Shown here in pieces: positions 51,419-64,000 of a stretch of DNA of 64,000 nt. The stretch comes from Phoronis australis (taxonomy: Eukaryota > Animalia > Phoronida): the NCBI GenBank assembly GCA_002633005.1, contig NMRA01000224.1, forward strand, positions 187,759 to 251,758, read 5' to 3'. The first letter of the stretch is position 1; each line of letters begins with the position of its first letter. The notes below the pieces were generated by a model, which ran no database searches, had not been told where the DNA came from, and saw only the letters and a list, made by a program, of their open reading frames with translations. The translations under genes were made by a program, and so were the position numbers.

Positions 51419-53320
51419 CCAAATCCATGTTTTATCGGCATTACCCACTAAAGTTTAAACCTGTTACATCACATTTGGCATAACTCAACTTATATGTGAA
51501 AATTAATCTAAAGCCCTTATCACATCTTAGAGTTTATTTCTATAGTGAACTTGCAAAACATTGCCTAACCACTGTTTGCAAAGAATCTCATCCACAACTA
51601 ATGTAAACTGTGGAACAAAATAAACTACCAACATTATCCAATGTACTAGCCAAGTGAATCACTGTTCACCTAACACTAATAACCCACCAGACACCTGCAG
51701 CCAGGTTTACAGAATGGAGATAGTGCCAACATGTTGGCCAAGCTGTCTAATCACATCATTGGCAACAATTTTGCTTGTGTATGCCGGTAAGATCGCGAGC
51801 TTACAGTAACGGGAAAACACTCACCTCTCGCTTGCGTCACTGGGTGATCTCGCCAAACACTAAGAAACTAGTTTTGCACGAAGGCACCCCATCCCAGCAT
51901 GTTACCTACCACCTCCTGCCCTAGGCTCCCTGCAGTGGTTTATAGGTGTTCAACTCATGAATGAAGGTTTATAGCCTTGGTGATCTTATCAGGGTACTAA
52001 TAGCAGTGCAGCTTAGCACCTGGCGAACAAAGGCTCACCTCACGAGAAATCAACACACACAACACTTCGTCAAGTTTGTCAGGCTCAACTTAACAAACAA
52101 ACAAGAGATAAAGTTGGCTAATTCACAAATATTTCACAAACCTTCAAGTGGGAGCCAACCTGGACTACACATGTGTGTCCTGAGATTCAATTAAATGCCT
52201 TAAGATGATCCCATAAACTACAGTGACATACTTGACCTGATGTGATTTGACCTGCGGGCAAACAGGACGCATCTCTCACCTGCGCGTGTTGTAAGGTGTA
52301 AATCTTCGTCCAGGTATCAACAAATGTCCAATCCAAGTCAGTCTTACTAATACCTGAGAAAGTATCAAGTTATGGCATAAAGAATGTTTGCTTGCAAAAC
52401 TTACAAACCTCAGTGGGGGCAATATGCACACAGGGACCTGTAGGCTAATGTAAACTGCGCGACAATGGAGTTTTTTAGGAGGGCAAGCAATAAATAGGAG
52501 ATGGTTATTTTATTAGGGTCTGTTACCACAAGGGGACTTTGTTGGCAATATTTACACCTCATTGAGCCCATAGGGAAGCCACTTCTACCCTAGGCCATGG
52601 TGAACAAATATAGTCACTAACCATACAAACTACAGAGTAACATGAAACAAGTCATTAATTTGAAACTGGGATTCCAGTGTGAAATGTGCCTAACAAATGC
52701 AGGGATGCAGCCTGTATTTGGCAAACTATTTATTACACATTCCGGCAGTCAATTTATTTGTCTAGTTAATGGGTTTAAGCAGGGTGCTGAAAAAGAGCAA
52801 TCCAGGCTCTAACACACAAGTGTCAAAGAATGGGATCCATTTCAATGTGTTGTGCATGAATCAATTTTCATTAATATAAACTCAACAATGGCCAATTGAA
52901 AAAAGTCGAAAACAGTCTGACAACTTGTGAGGAAATGAAAATAAAACCCAACAAAGAACACGTGCCAACAATTCATTGCTTTGACCAAATAGTAACAATC
53001 TGTATAAACGCTATTGTAGAAAAGAATTTCAGTTTGCCAATCAAATGACTTGATGCCCAAATCAGAACATGAACCTCATATTAACAACACAAACCAATTC
53101 TACAGAGCTGCAATACAAAAACCACCTATTTTCCACAAAAAAATTCCCACATATGATAGTGGCCCTTATTTATTAAGCAGGGGATATTCCACGAGGGGAG
53201 TACTCCTAGGATTACACTCAGTGCTTACAATTGTCAAAATCTCAATCCGTAATTTAAAGGAGAAATTGACGCAGTTTTGCTGTCAATGTTGAATTCTCAA
53301 CGGAACAGCTTTAGGATAGA

Positions 53321-53552
53321 AACATTACCACACCTATCCGATCCTGAATGGTAGGCAAAAAAGCCAGCAACCAAAGTCACAGCCATTGCGTACATCTGGG
53401 GCACAAATACGCCACCTTTTAAATTGGCAATTTTAGGGCTAGCCAACCCCAAAAAACTCTGAAGTGTTTTCTTGAGTCGCTGATGGTTTTGATATTCTTG
53501 GTAAAAAAGGAAATCAATGTCGTGTCACTGTAAGGAATATTATGAGACTGAT
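53321..53552. repeat. Dispersed repeat fragment related to ~63137-63297
   Basis: Shared blocks aacattaccac.c..atccgatc.tgaat, aaactctgaa..gttttcttga.tcg..gatggtt..gat.ttcttggt and ttatgagac. Confidence 0.6.
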
Positions 53553-56500
53553 TTTGGGCCATAAGTGGCCTAATTCTTTTCCACTCCTTGACAACTAAAT
53601 AGTGAGGAAATGTAATTTTTTAAGTTTAGAAATTTGACAAAATAAAACTCCATTTGTCCATGACACTGAGTGCTGAATAGGTGTTCTGCATTTCAACAGT
53701 GCTGAATACGTTTTTGGGACAACAGCACAATTTTATGATTGAAACTTCATAACACGTGCACACAGCATTGTTAAAACCCATCCCCTCCCACAAGCCACCA
53801 CCCAATTAATAACTAGAAAACAACCAGTTGTTATTTCTCACGCTGGGTTTGGGAAGATAAAATATGCTTTGAAGTTCTTACAGTTAGTAAACATCAGAGT
53901 AATCATTTTGAAATTGTGCATTCCTTAGTTTTCTGCTGATAGCATCCTCGCAGCTGTACCCTAAGGTCTGGCGTGTTCCATGCAAGAATTTGGGCTCACC
54001 ACATTGACAATCAATTTCAACTCTGAAAATTTGAACTCCGCCAAGTGACAAAGCCAATACGTAACCTGTCAATTGAACAACAGGAGTTTCCTACTACCCC
54101 TGTTTACCTACTTATAGTTGTGTTTACACCACTTGTGACTATTTACAAATAGAATTATTTTATTTCAAAACAAAAAATGACTCACTTCCGCCCATCACTG
54201 TCACTGTACTGTCCAGATTATTTACAGAACGGTTTCAGCCCCCCACGCAGATCTTTTATACATCTACCATGACTCAGGCCATCATGAAACTAGCAGAAGC
54301 CTTTTTGTTCACTGTGGTTAAGAATAGAGCAACACAAGCTGATCCCTTTTGATCAAACTCCAGACAGGTAACCAGCCTATCCCCACCAGGTATTTCTTAA
54401 ATACACAAGGGGTACTTGAGTACAATGTGACACAGACATGGTATGTGTTCAATAATCACAGCTAATGCCCCCAGTCACAGGTAGCAGTCAAACTCTTGTA
54501 CAATTACGCTCTAGTCAATTCCAAGCATCTCCCCTAGCCATACTGGAGTATGACAAGTCAGGGTGGCCAGAGTCAGTCTTAACACCGACACCTAAACTTT
54601 AATAGCTCACAACAAATTTCTCCACTGTGGCCATGAAAATTCAAAGAAAAAGTCAAGGTTGTTACTTTTTTGACAAGCAGACTCAAACTTAGTGGCCACA
54701 AGTATAGAAAATAAAGATATGTCTACATCTATGCCTGTCCCCTCAAAAACTGGTCAACTTTCTCTTACTCTGCAGTCATAACAAAATGTCATATTCTACA
54801 CCACCGCTTTAAAGAAGTACTCTAAGGTACGCAAGTACTCTAAGGTATGCAAGGCTTATGTATTGGTAAAAAGGGTAAAAAGGAATCCAAACTTGCGACA
54901 GGTGAGCCAGAGGTCTTCAAGATGACTGGTGACAAACAAAAGCACATCCTGATTGCCAGACTCCAGCTCAGGTCAACTGACAATAGCCTGCCAAATACAC
55001 TAAACCTCTCCCCATTCTCAGTGTTCACTACTCGAGTTCACTCTAAAGTGGAACAAAATTGTTTAAATGTCAAAAGAACAGATTGCATGTGAACTGTCTT
55101 ATTAAATGCTAACAGCGGGACAACAGGTCTGTGTGTTACTGGACTGACTAATACATCCAATTCGTTCTAAAGTCAGAGATTTACTGATTAAAAATTAACA
55201 AATTCATTGCATATTGTTAGCACAATTTTCAAAAACGAAAATCAAAACCAATGAGACCCAGTCCAATGTCAAACATTCATCAAAACAGTATCTACAAAAG
55301 ATGGCCTCACTATGACATGAAAGTGACATAATAGCATTTCAGAAAAAAAGTCAAATGGCTAAAACAGACCTACGCCCTGTCAACCTTAATTTATTTGCTT
55401 GTGGGGGCAATGCTAAGCTTCGTCTGCAACCCATAGAAAAACAGTACTATGAATTTAAAATAACTCTACCAGAACCAATCCTACCCCACGTTCAAGTGCC
55501 ATTAAAGGGTTCCTTCAAACCAGAACCCACAATCAAAGCGCAGAAACCAAAATTTCCAATCTTTCGAAATTTTAAGTCCCCACAACAAAATATTACGCCA
55601 ATACCTAAGGAACTTATCTGTGAAGCTCTTCTGTCAGAAAAAAGAACAAAATTCCCGTAGGTTACACAAAATAATAACTTTGGGTTGACAGAAGTTTTAA
55701 CACAATTCCGACATGTGTGTACTGGAGTCTTTCTACGTAGCAATCAGATTCTTAGGCCAATGCTGAAGTGAACTAGCACTTTTGGAAGTTTAAGACCCGA
55801 TCACCTGGCACATACATTTTGATTGGTCTTGTGGTTTTAATGCGATACACTAGTGAACTGTATTGGTGCTATTAGCAGCGTTTATGCGTGAAATTTCATT
55901 TCAGCTATTTCTTAGCTATTTTTACACTTATTGTTAAACGACAATTTGTGACTATTTACATGATGATTTTCTCCGCTATTTCTCCAGTATTTTACAACGC
56001 GCCAAGTAAGGGGATTTCGCTGCTCTCGTTATCTCCATGGCCACAAAATTGTTTAGTGCTCCAAGGCAAATGGCATGACACATGTCCTGAAGTGCCATGA
56101 GTTTGTACCCCAAGTGCAGCTGTCACATTTTACTCAAGTAAAATACACTATTTTTATCCTGTAACGAATGGCGATTAAAAATGCTATGTCTCATTGAACT
56201 GTGAATATACAAATGAAGTACCAGTTTACAGACCACCCCCGGGTCTTCTGGTGTGCAGGAAACCATCCGAGAACCAGTTAACATTACAATCTTGTGAAAG
56301 TCTTGTTTTGCTAGACTATTTTTATGTAAATGAGTATGGTAATATGTCATCATTACCTTAATGAAACAAGGCACAGTTGTTATTATTTGTTCATTTCACT
56401 ACCAAATAACAATTGCATAATATTTGGAATTACTAGGGTCATCTATATGCTCACACAAGTTCTTAACTGTATCAGTTGTGCTGTTTTCTTAACACTGCAA

Positions 56501-56727
56501 TTTATTTACAAATTGTTTCAGAAAATCTTTTCCTGATTATAATTGTGCACACAGTTCTCCAGGAAGTCACAAGGTGGCACTTGCTACAAATTTAAATATT
56601 CACGGTTTTAATGAGACATAGCATCTTTAAAGTTTGGATTTTACTTGGTATGTCATGACGATTAAAATAACGATCAAAATGTTGATTAAAACATCCATGC
56701 AAACAGGTCTAGTGAAACAACCAGCTT

Positions 56728-58224
56728 GTGATATCTTGTAGGCATGTTAGGACGCTATCTTGGAAACTTAAAACCCGACCGCCAGGCGTTGTGAAGGGCC
56801 AAAGTTGGAAAAGCGCACACTATATAGCACACTATATAGCGTTAGGCAGAAAAAGGACAAACAGTGACTTCACTTTACTAACCCCTTCAATCCTGCTGCA
56901 GGTTCTAGATGACCACCCATCTCAAGCAAGCACAACTGAAGACAGCGTGTGCCAAGATGCACATACTCAATACAGGCTTCAGCAATACCATCAAAATATA
57001 TTCGACATCCAAAAAAGTCACCTGGCAACCAGTGACATTGACAAGTACCGGGACAGTGACATTTATAAAGAATCGTTATTGGTATTCAATCCTTTGGGAG
57101 AAAATGGACTAACCACAGGAAGTGTGATAACACAACAGATGATGAACGACATGAATGATGACGAGATAAATATCTCTGCGGTCAACGGTATTCGAAATCA
57201 CAGAATTACGTCAAAGAACGAACCAGAAACATGCAGACTTAGAGAACAGGAACAACCAGCGCCACCTGAAAACATCACTAGCAACTGCGAAAGTACAGAC
57301 AGTGAGGACTTCAAAAAGAAAATGAGCACTGAACTTCATGAACAGAATACAGAAAGAGAAACTTCAAGAAACAAATCGTTCCAAGAACTTCATTTAGTTG
57401 AGTTAGAAGCCAAAACAAGTTGTGATGAAGCAATAGTGCAGGAAAATGTAACGGAAGTCACACACATGAAATCAGCTACAGAGGAGGAAGTCTTATTAAT
57501 GACAACCAATGACACGGGCGCAGTGTTGGCTAATGACAGTGAAGCTGGAGGCAAGCTGGACAACTACACGCAGCCTGAGCAGACAGGTAGCGACCCCTGT
57601 TGGACAATGGATGAAGTGAGCCAAGAGAATACAAACAACTCCAGGCGATCAGCAGAGTCAAAGATGAAACAAATCACAAATACTGACGTACAACAAAAAT
57701 TTACCAAACGAGTTAATACCAACAGGAACTGTACAACGTATAGTGAAAATCCGATAAAATGGCAAACTTCTATGAAGCCTACAAAGAAGCGAACTATTAC
57801 CAAAAGAGTTGACAAGAAAGACTGGCAGACTACAACGAATGAAGAAACTTTGACATGTGAAGAATCCCAAGTCAATGAAAGTCACAGGCCCACTGCAAAA
57901 ACAAATAGTTCCCAGAATGTCGACCTCAACAAATTGCCCAATGCAATGCGAAACAAGACCATGTTAAATAATGATGTGGAAAATCGAGGCAAGAAACTCT
58001 ATGAACTAAGACAGAGTCACACCTGGCGACTGCCCAAGATTGCTGCGCGTACAGCCAGATGTCAGCAAGAATGGCACCGAGGTGAGACGGGGTCAGAGCA
58101 CAGCAGTCGGCTGGCCGTTCGCTTGCAATGGGAAATGGAAAAACTCTCAGTCTTGGCAAAAACAGCTACTGCAGTCTACCCAGACATAAATGAATATGAT
58201 AATGGACGTGACTCATCTAATTAA
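56728..58224 (+). CDS. Unidentified long ORF (498 codons; probable exon from 56902), rich in T/E/N/S/K/Q and likely disordered
   Basis: 1.5 kb without a stop in AT-rich DNA and not a tandem repeat. TACTAAC (56876-56882), a pyrimidine tract and CAG| at 56901 form an in-frame acceptor. No domain recognised. Confidence 0.45.
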   Translation: MISCRHVRTLSWKLKTRPPGVVKGQSWKSAHYIAHYIALGRKRTNSDFTLLTPSILLQVLDDHPSQASTTEDSVCQDAHTQYRLQQYHQNIFDIQKSHLATSDIDKYRDSDIYKESLLVFNPLGENGLTTGSVITQQMMNDMNDDEINISAVNGIRNHRITSKNEPETCRLREQEQPAPPENITSNCESTDSEDFKKKMSTELHEQNTERETSRNKSFQELHLVELEAKTSCDEAIVQENVTEVTHMKSATEEEVLLMTTNDTGAVLANDSEAGGKLDNYTQPEQTGSDPCWTMDEVSQENTNNSRRSAESKMKQITNTDVQQKFTKRVNTNRNCTTYSENPIKWQTSMKPTKKRTITKRVDKKDWQTTTNEETLTCEESQVNESHRPTAKTNSSQNVDLNKLPNAMRNKTMLNNDVENRGKKLYELRQSHTWRLPKIAARTARCQQEWHRGETGSEHSSRLAVRLQWEMEKLSVLAKTATAVYPDINEYDNGRDSSN

Positions 58225-60334
58225 CACGGCGTTTCAGACTGTTCACTGAAAACAGTGTGCAGTTACACAAATTGGATCAACCTAAATGAGGACTACTGAC
58301 TATAAATTAGCACTGATTTACTTGATTGAGTCAGACGTCAACAGGATATAACATTGAAGAAACAAACGTGTTGGGTTTCTTATCGAACACACAGTACTGC
58401 ACTAGTCATCCCTTGGTGAGAATCCCTCTTCCATTTCAGGTATACAAATGTTGACATTCTTACAAGTTTCTTTGTCTAGCTAGTTCACTTAAGGCAGTTA
58501 ACTAAGTAATTAATACACTGCAATGGTTATCACAAGAGTATCAATGGTTATCACACAAGTATCAACCAAATCACTAGCAGACAATTACAATGATAACATT
58601 CAGTTTGGCTTTAACTTGGACCTTAAGTCATGTAAGGGTTCGGTCTTGTTGCAGCCACTCAAATTTTGAGACCAAAAATCTGAAAACTAAGACATCACTT
58701 GAGCTGAGCTACGCAATGAAAGTGATTGTGTTGTACTCAATCATAATGCTCTATACAACACTGACAAGTTTATTCTCACGCAAAATAGTCTCGAATAGGT
58801 GTCCCCACCCTTCAATAGGTGTCCCCACCCGTAAAAAAAGTTCATCATCTTTATCAAAGCCTAACACGCAACACCGCCTGAGATTCACTTAAATCATCAC
58901 TTCCTTAGTCGAGAATGCATTAGAAACCAGCTTGCCTATATAAAGCTGGGAGGAAGTACTTATCGGATCCTGCTCAATGCTTGTGCAGTCAAGTTTATAT
59001 ACCAGTATGCAGTCAGCTGGCAGATACTCAAAATACGGTCAGCAGCCATTTTTTTATAAACAACAAAGCAAAACCGGCTACTTCAGAACCTCAAAACTCT
59101 ATTTGCGGACAGCATTTAAAGTCATATCATGAAACTTGTACCGAAATGAAGATCACCCGCCAACTTCACAGAAGCCAGAAATTTGTAACCACAGCATTCA
59201 TCTATAGCACCTACTCTGTTTGTTAAAACTGGCAGTTTTAAGTAAACTAGCTATTAACGTCATCTATTAGCAGCATGAACACAGCGTTTAATTTGATTAC
59301 ATTTCATTCATGTTTTAAACAGAGGAATCCAAAGTCGTGTATTTGAATGGACCGCACTTCTACAACTGCTTGGCCACCAGTTGTGACTCCGTTGTGGGGA
59401 CACTCAGTTGATTGGACACAAGGTGCATTTGAGGCAACTTGCACTAATTTAAGTGTTCATCTGGATATAGCATTAGACTACCTTATCAATGAATATCAAA
59501 GCCCAGTTGTCTATGACAGGACGAGTGGGAGATATGAAAAGGAATGAAAAAAGTTTTTAAGGCAGTCGGTCAAGACGATCAGTGAAATACGGAAAATCTA
59601 TTGTTGATTTTAAACATGCAGCAAAAGATCCATCCTTTTTAGCAAATAATTTTGGTGCCCGAAGACAGAGTTTGTAGAACAACCATTGCCTTGCCACGCC
59701 ATCACTAGTGCACAACTCAGAACACTGGTAAGCTTTGTTTTTGTGGAAAGCTAAAACAGCAAGAGTGAAATCAACACCTAAACTTTTCATTGACAAATTC
59801 ACAACTGCTTGGCTGAGGGCTCCTGAAAAATTAGGTCGTCAACCCCTTTAAGAGAATAAGAAAAACGAAACCCTATTATTTTAGAGTGTGTTAAAAACAA
59901 TGAAGTGTTTGTTGGGTACTGGTCTACTTTCCCCTCAAAACGCATCATTGAGAGGAATTCTAAACCTTACAAAATGATAAACGTATTCGTTACACTAAAA
60001 TTATATCTAATGATGCAAATTCACTCTGGAAAGCAGTGTCGCTTTTCGCCTAATTACATCTAGCCTCTATTTGCCTGTTTCAATTGTTGACTTGCCTGTT
60101 TCAACCTTGGAATCTTACTCAATTCATTAACATTGAACAAACTACAATCACCCCAACAAATCTACATCAAAAAATGAATTTTAGTAGCGATAATCCTGTA
60201 GAAAATTACTCAATCCTTAGCCTTCCATGGGGAATTTAGTCCAAAAAAGCAAATAATTTTATAGCTTTGAAACGACAAAGAGGGATGATGCCGTTCTGTT
60301 ATTTTGCCGTCAGATTTATGGAGAGCAATAAAAT

Positions 60335-60608
60335 CGGGCGGATCCAGGAATTTGAGTTAGGGAGTGCCAGGGCAGAGTGTTAGCCAGGATTTTGAGTTAG
60401 GGAGGGCCAGGGCAGAGTATTAGCCAGGATTTTGAGTTAGGGAGGGCCAGGGCAGAGTATTAGCCAGGATTTTGAGTTAGGGAGGGCCAGGGCAGAGTAT
60501 TAGCCAGGATTTTGCCCGTCAGACATTCGCACCCCCAACTGCCAAATGGAATCTGGGAGAATTTTAGGGGGGCCATGGCCCCTTGGCCCCCCTCTAAATC
60601 CGCCACTG
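60335..60608. mobile_element. Second copy of the 10211 MITE with its internal 40-bp unit expanded to 4 copies
   Basis: ccaggattttgagttagggagggccagggcagagtattag x4, then the same 3' part ending aaatccgccactg. Confidence 0.8.
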
Positions 60609-62708
60609 CAAATAGAGCTTTACCGATTCACCAAATTCTTTCATATTTCACCAATTCTTAAATTCCAAATAAAATACTAGGACTGTTTTCTCAGGTGTTC
60701 CTGCCAGTCAACTGCATTTCTGTGCAAATATGACTTTGGCAAAGTTTCCAGTCTCCCAGAAAATATCGCTGTACTAAAACAATGGGAAACACACAAGGTA
60801 GATGTTCATTTCAATGTGGAAGTTGTGAAAACTTGCTCATGGTTGGGCATGCTACATTCTGATGCGAGTTTAGAGATGAAAGGACCACAAACATTGTTGT
60901 GGACAGGAAAACTAAGCTACATTTAAATTATTCATTCTTTACAAAACTGAAATCAATTTGTATTTCGACATTCAGTCATAAACTGCAATAGTAGATATGT
61001 CCAGTCTAATAATGGCATAACACTTGAAGTCAACAGAAAAAAATGACCAACAGAAATGTCCAACCACCTGTGAAAAGGCTAGAGGTTGGTGTAAACAACA
61101 AATAGACTAATACACAATGTTATACATCACCACCTCCATCAAAGCAATGCTATTTAAATGCCCAGGTTAAAGGAGTACTTGGGTAGTCAGGTGTGCTACA
61201 TTAAGACATATATTCCATTGCGAAACGAGAACAAATTGAGCTGAAGTCAACTGAAAAAGCGAGCTTTGCTTATTTGCTATCTTTTAGTTTTACCCACATG
61301 GCACATTGAATCCCTGTTTTGACATGTTACTTGTCATACACTGCTCGCTGGCTGGGCTTAATTTCAAAAGGAGTTGGATTGTGAAAAATCCCTTGTCTAA
61401 GCAGCTCATCCTTTATGTTCTACCTAAGTATGTACCCCAACTCTCTCCTGTGACAACATCAAAGATCTTGCCCCTAGCCAAGGCGAGGGGGTAAAACTGA
61501 GTGCAAATCAGACGCCTCAAAGCCTGGAACTCCGGCCCAGAAAACAAGAAACTTCTCAGGCCAATGCCCAAAGATGATAAAAGGCACAAAAGAATCTATT
61601 GCATCAATACTCAATTTCATAAGTCACCGATTCGGTGAGGATGATTAGCTCCTTCAATGAACTTCTTGTCATAGAAGCAGCCAAGGCGACGCTTCGAGCG
61701 CTGGTCTGAAAAGTAATCATAATCGTCTCGTCGATGGAGTCGCGGACGAACACATGGTCATTCTCGTAGTCATTTTAAGAATTCTTCAACACAAGTCTAA
61801 TCGTATTTGGTATGAACAGGGACCAAATATCACAATTTTACTCGTAGTGACCGTAAAATGTTGTTCTTGGGAACAACAGAAGCAAAAACCACCACCTTCT
61901 TACCTGGCTTTCTTCTGCACTCAAAGCTTCCTCAAATCACGTGACCTAGTTTACCTGTGACTGGTCACGCTCACAGTGGTTTAATCAGAAACTACATATC
62001 GGGGATTTACCGGGCAGCAGGTTTCGGTGGGGGAGCAGCTCGTGGCATAGGCAATTACACCTCCCTGAATGCCCCAGGCATATAGGCAAACGAGGACCAG
62101 CGTGTTTGTCTATTCATTGTAGCGCAGTCATTTGCAATAGAAAAACCTAACCTTCAGCATAGGTGATTTTACACAACATGTACGGCTAGAAAGTAGCATG
62201 CCGATCGATGTAAAACCCAAAACCATTATTCCTAATAAAAGGCCCATATTAGTCGGTATAGCTTCAACAAAAAGGTCATTCCGTTCGGCCACGGTCATTC
62301 TGTAAGGTGTTGAGCCTTAAAGTAGCTTATTTACTGAATTGTTGAATAAAAAATCATTTGGGTTTTAATCGTTTTAGAGAATACAACAAACATAAATCAA
62401 TGGAACATAGTAATACTCTCGTTCAGAAGAAATCTGTTGCAAAAATGGATCTCTTTATTAATCTAAACCCTTCGAACTCTTTTGCAAACCTCTATCAGTT
62501 GCAATCTCTATTCCTTTTTTCCTACTAATGCGAAAGTCAAGAAAAACGCAAATTAAGCATTGGCTTTAAAAATCCCAGTCTTATTTGTATGGGTTCCAAT
62601 ACTGTGCATGCAAGTCTGGTCACAGTTAAAAACTCATGCGGAATGACTGGTCGGATTTATACTAATCTCTTACATGTAATACTCTATGCACGAGAAGCTG
62701 TCACCAAG

Positions 62709-62845
62709 GAGTGTAGTACACTCTGAAACAGCGTCACCTATACTGCAACATTCGTTTAGCACTGTGATAGAGTGTAGTACACTCTGAAACAGCGTCACCT
62801 ATACTGCAACATTCGTTTAGCACTGTGATAGAGTGTAGTACACTC
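62709..62845. repeat. 61-bp tandem repeat (about 2.25 copies) with a 15-bp palindrome per unit
   Basis: gagtgtagtacactc at 62709, 62770 and 62831, separated by identical 46-bp segments. Confidence 0.9.
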
Positions 62846-64000
62846 CTTGCTGTCAACCATTGTTTGTAGATTTTCCTCGTTTGCATGAGAAGCTATCAAA
62901 AACAGAATGTATGTTACGAAAATATCAAAAGCTGTGCACAAGATGATTTTTCAGAAAGTATTTAACACCGTTTTTGAAGTTTTATATGATATGAAATTTT
63001 CGGCATGTTATTGATTTTTTTCTATGAATATTTTAACAGATCTAAAGATTACAATTTTCCATATATTTGGCTAAATGCACACTGGCTTGCCAGCAAGGTT
63101 TCGCTGTGATAAAGCTGTCAATCACTTGAGGTTTAAAACATTACCACGCCCATCCGATCTTGAATTGTTGCCAAATCCGTCGAGACAGACTAATCCCGAT
63201 AAACTCTGAAAAGTTTTCTTGAATCGTCGATGGTTCAGATGTTCTTGGTGATAACATTAATGAAGTCCTGTAATGGGAAAAATGTTATGAGACCGAATCA
63301 CGACCGAATTACGATTAAATTTTGACAAGTTCTGGACAATCTGCGATTTTGGGTGACGCTTTTGACAATTAAATGCTCTGAATGTTCTTCGTAACAAGGA
63401 AAAATAAATCCTGAACAAAAAATGTCGAGCCCAGTTTTGTTTTGGTAAGTAGCCTCCTGGGAATGATCGTTTGATTTTTGTTCTCCTTTACTTCGCAAGC
63501 CAAAACTCGCGGTCAAATCGGCCTCGCCACCTGGTGACTGTTCCGGCTCTGTCACCAGATTACTAAAAACGACATAACCTCGAACAAATCAACGCACATT
63601 TATGGTCATTCGCTTGTAAAAAGCGAACATTTGATATCACCACGCTGTTTTTAACGTTTAGAACAAGTTAAACATCCGTGATGACATATTTTATGTTGCA
63701 TTTCCTGTTCGTACCATCCTGTTGCGGCGCAATTAATAAAAGTCACCTAGGCTTACTTTTGGGGTACCCTAATTGAACAAAGTTTATCCTTTTCTGAGAA
63801 ATTTATTCACGTTGGTTTCATCTAGTCGAATATCCGGAAGAAATGTTTTATATTTGATGTTAAGACAACCTTGAAGGGCTGGAAAAGTATTATTCTTATG
63901 AGTTTTAAAGATACACTTACTATAATCGCGATTGTTCATTAATTTAAAGGAAATGCCATTAAGAATGTCCTCATTCCCTTGCCCACAACTCTTGGTACGA

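Noticed and set aside
61500-61800. GC-richer, coding-like segment on the minus strand
   Set aside because: Only short open frames, with no recognisable protein motif or splice structure.
62709-62845. CRISPR-like pattern of three palindromes with spacers
   Set aside because: The spacers are identical, there are no cas genes and the context is eukaryotic, so this is a simple tandem repeat.

Overview
AT-rich animal genomic DNA (invertebrate, probably lophotrochozoan; the species cannot be determined from the sequence). It holds one recognisable gene, dystroglycan (DAG1/Dg), on the minus strand. Five shared coding exons can be assembled with canonical GT-AG sites and consistent phases: 22878-22597, 16258-15542, 14282-14214, 13745-13545 and 12719-12668. 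They encode the signal peptide, N-terminal Ig/cadherin-like and S6-like domains, the furin site and the mucin region. Main finding: the phase-1 donor at 12668 can join in frame to either of two complete, diverged terminal exons, 8952-7781 or 4882-3678. Each encodes its own second cadherin-like domain, SEA G/S autocleavage site, TM helix and PPPYVPP tail, which predicts two mutually exclusive beta-dystroglycans (830 and 841 aa precursors) from one gene. The proximal exon has captured a 21-bp repeat matching the RFX X-box, also present in the intron upstream of it. The other ~41 kb (probably a long 5' intron or upstream region) contains minisatellites, MITEs, a deleted Harbinger transposon, a CTCF-motif satellite, hairpins and one unexplained 1.3-1.5 kb antisense ORF. 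All splicing claims are predictions without transcript data.
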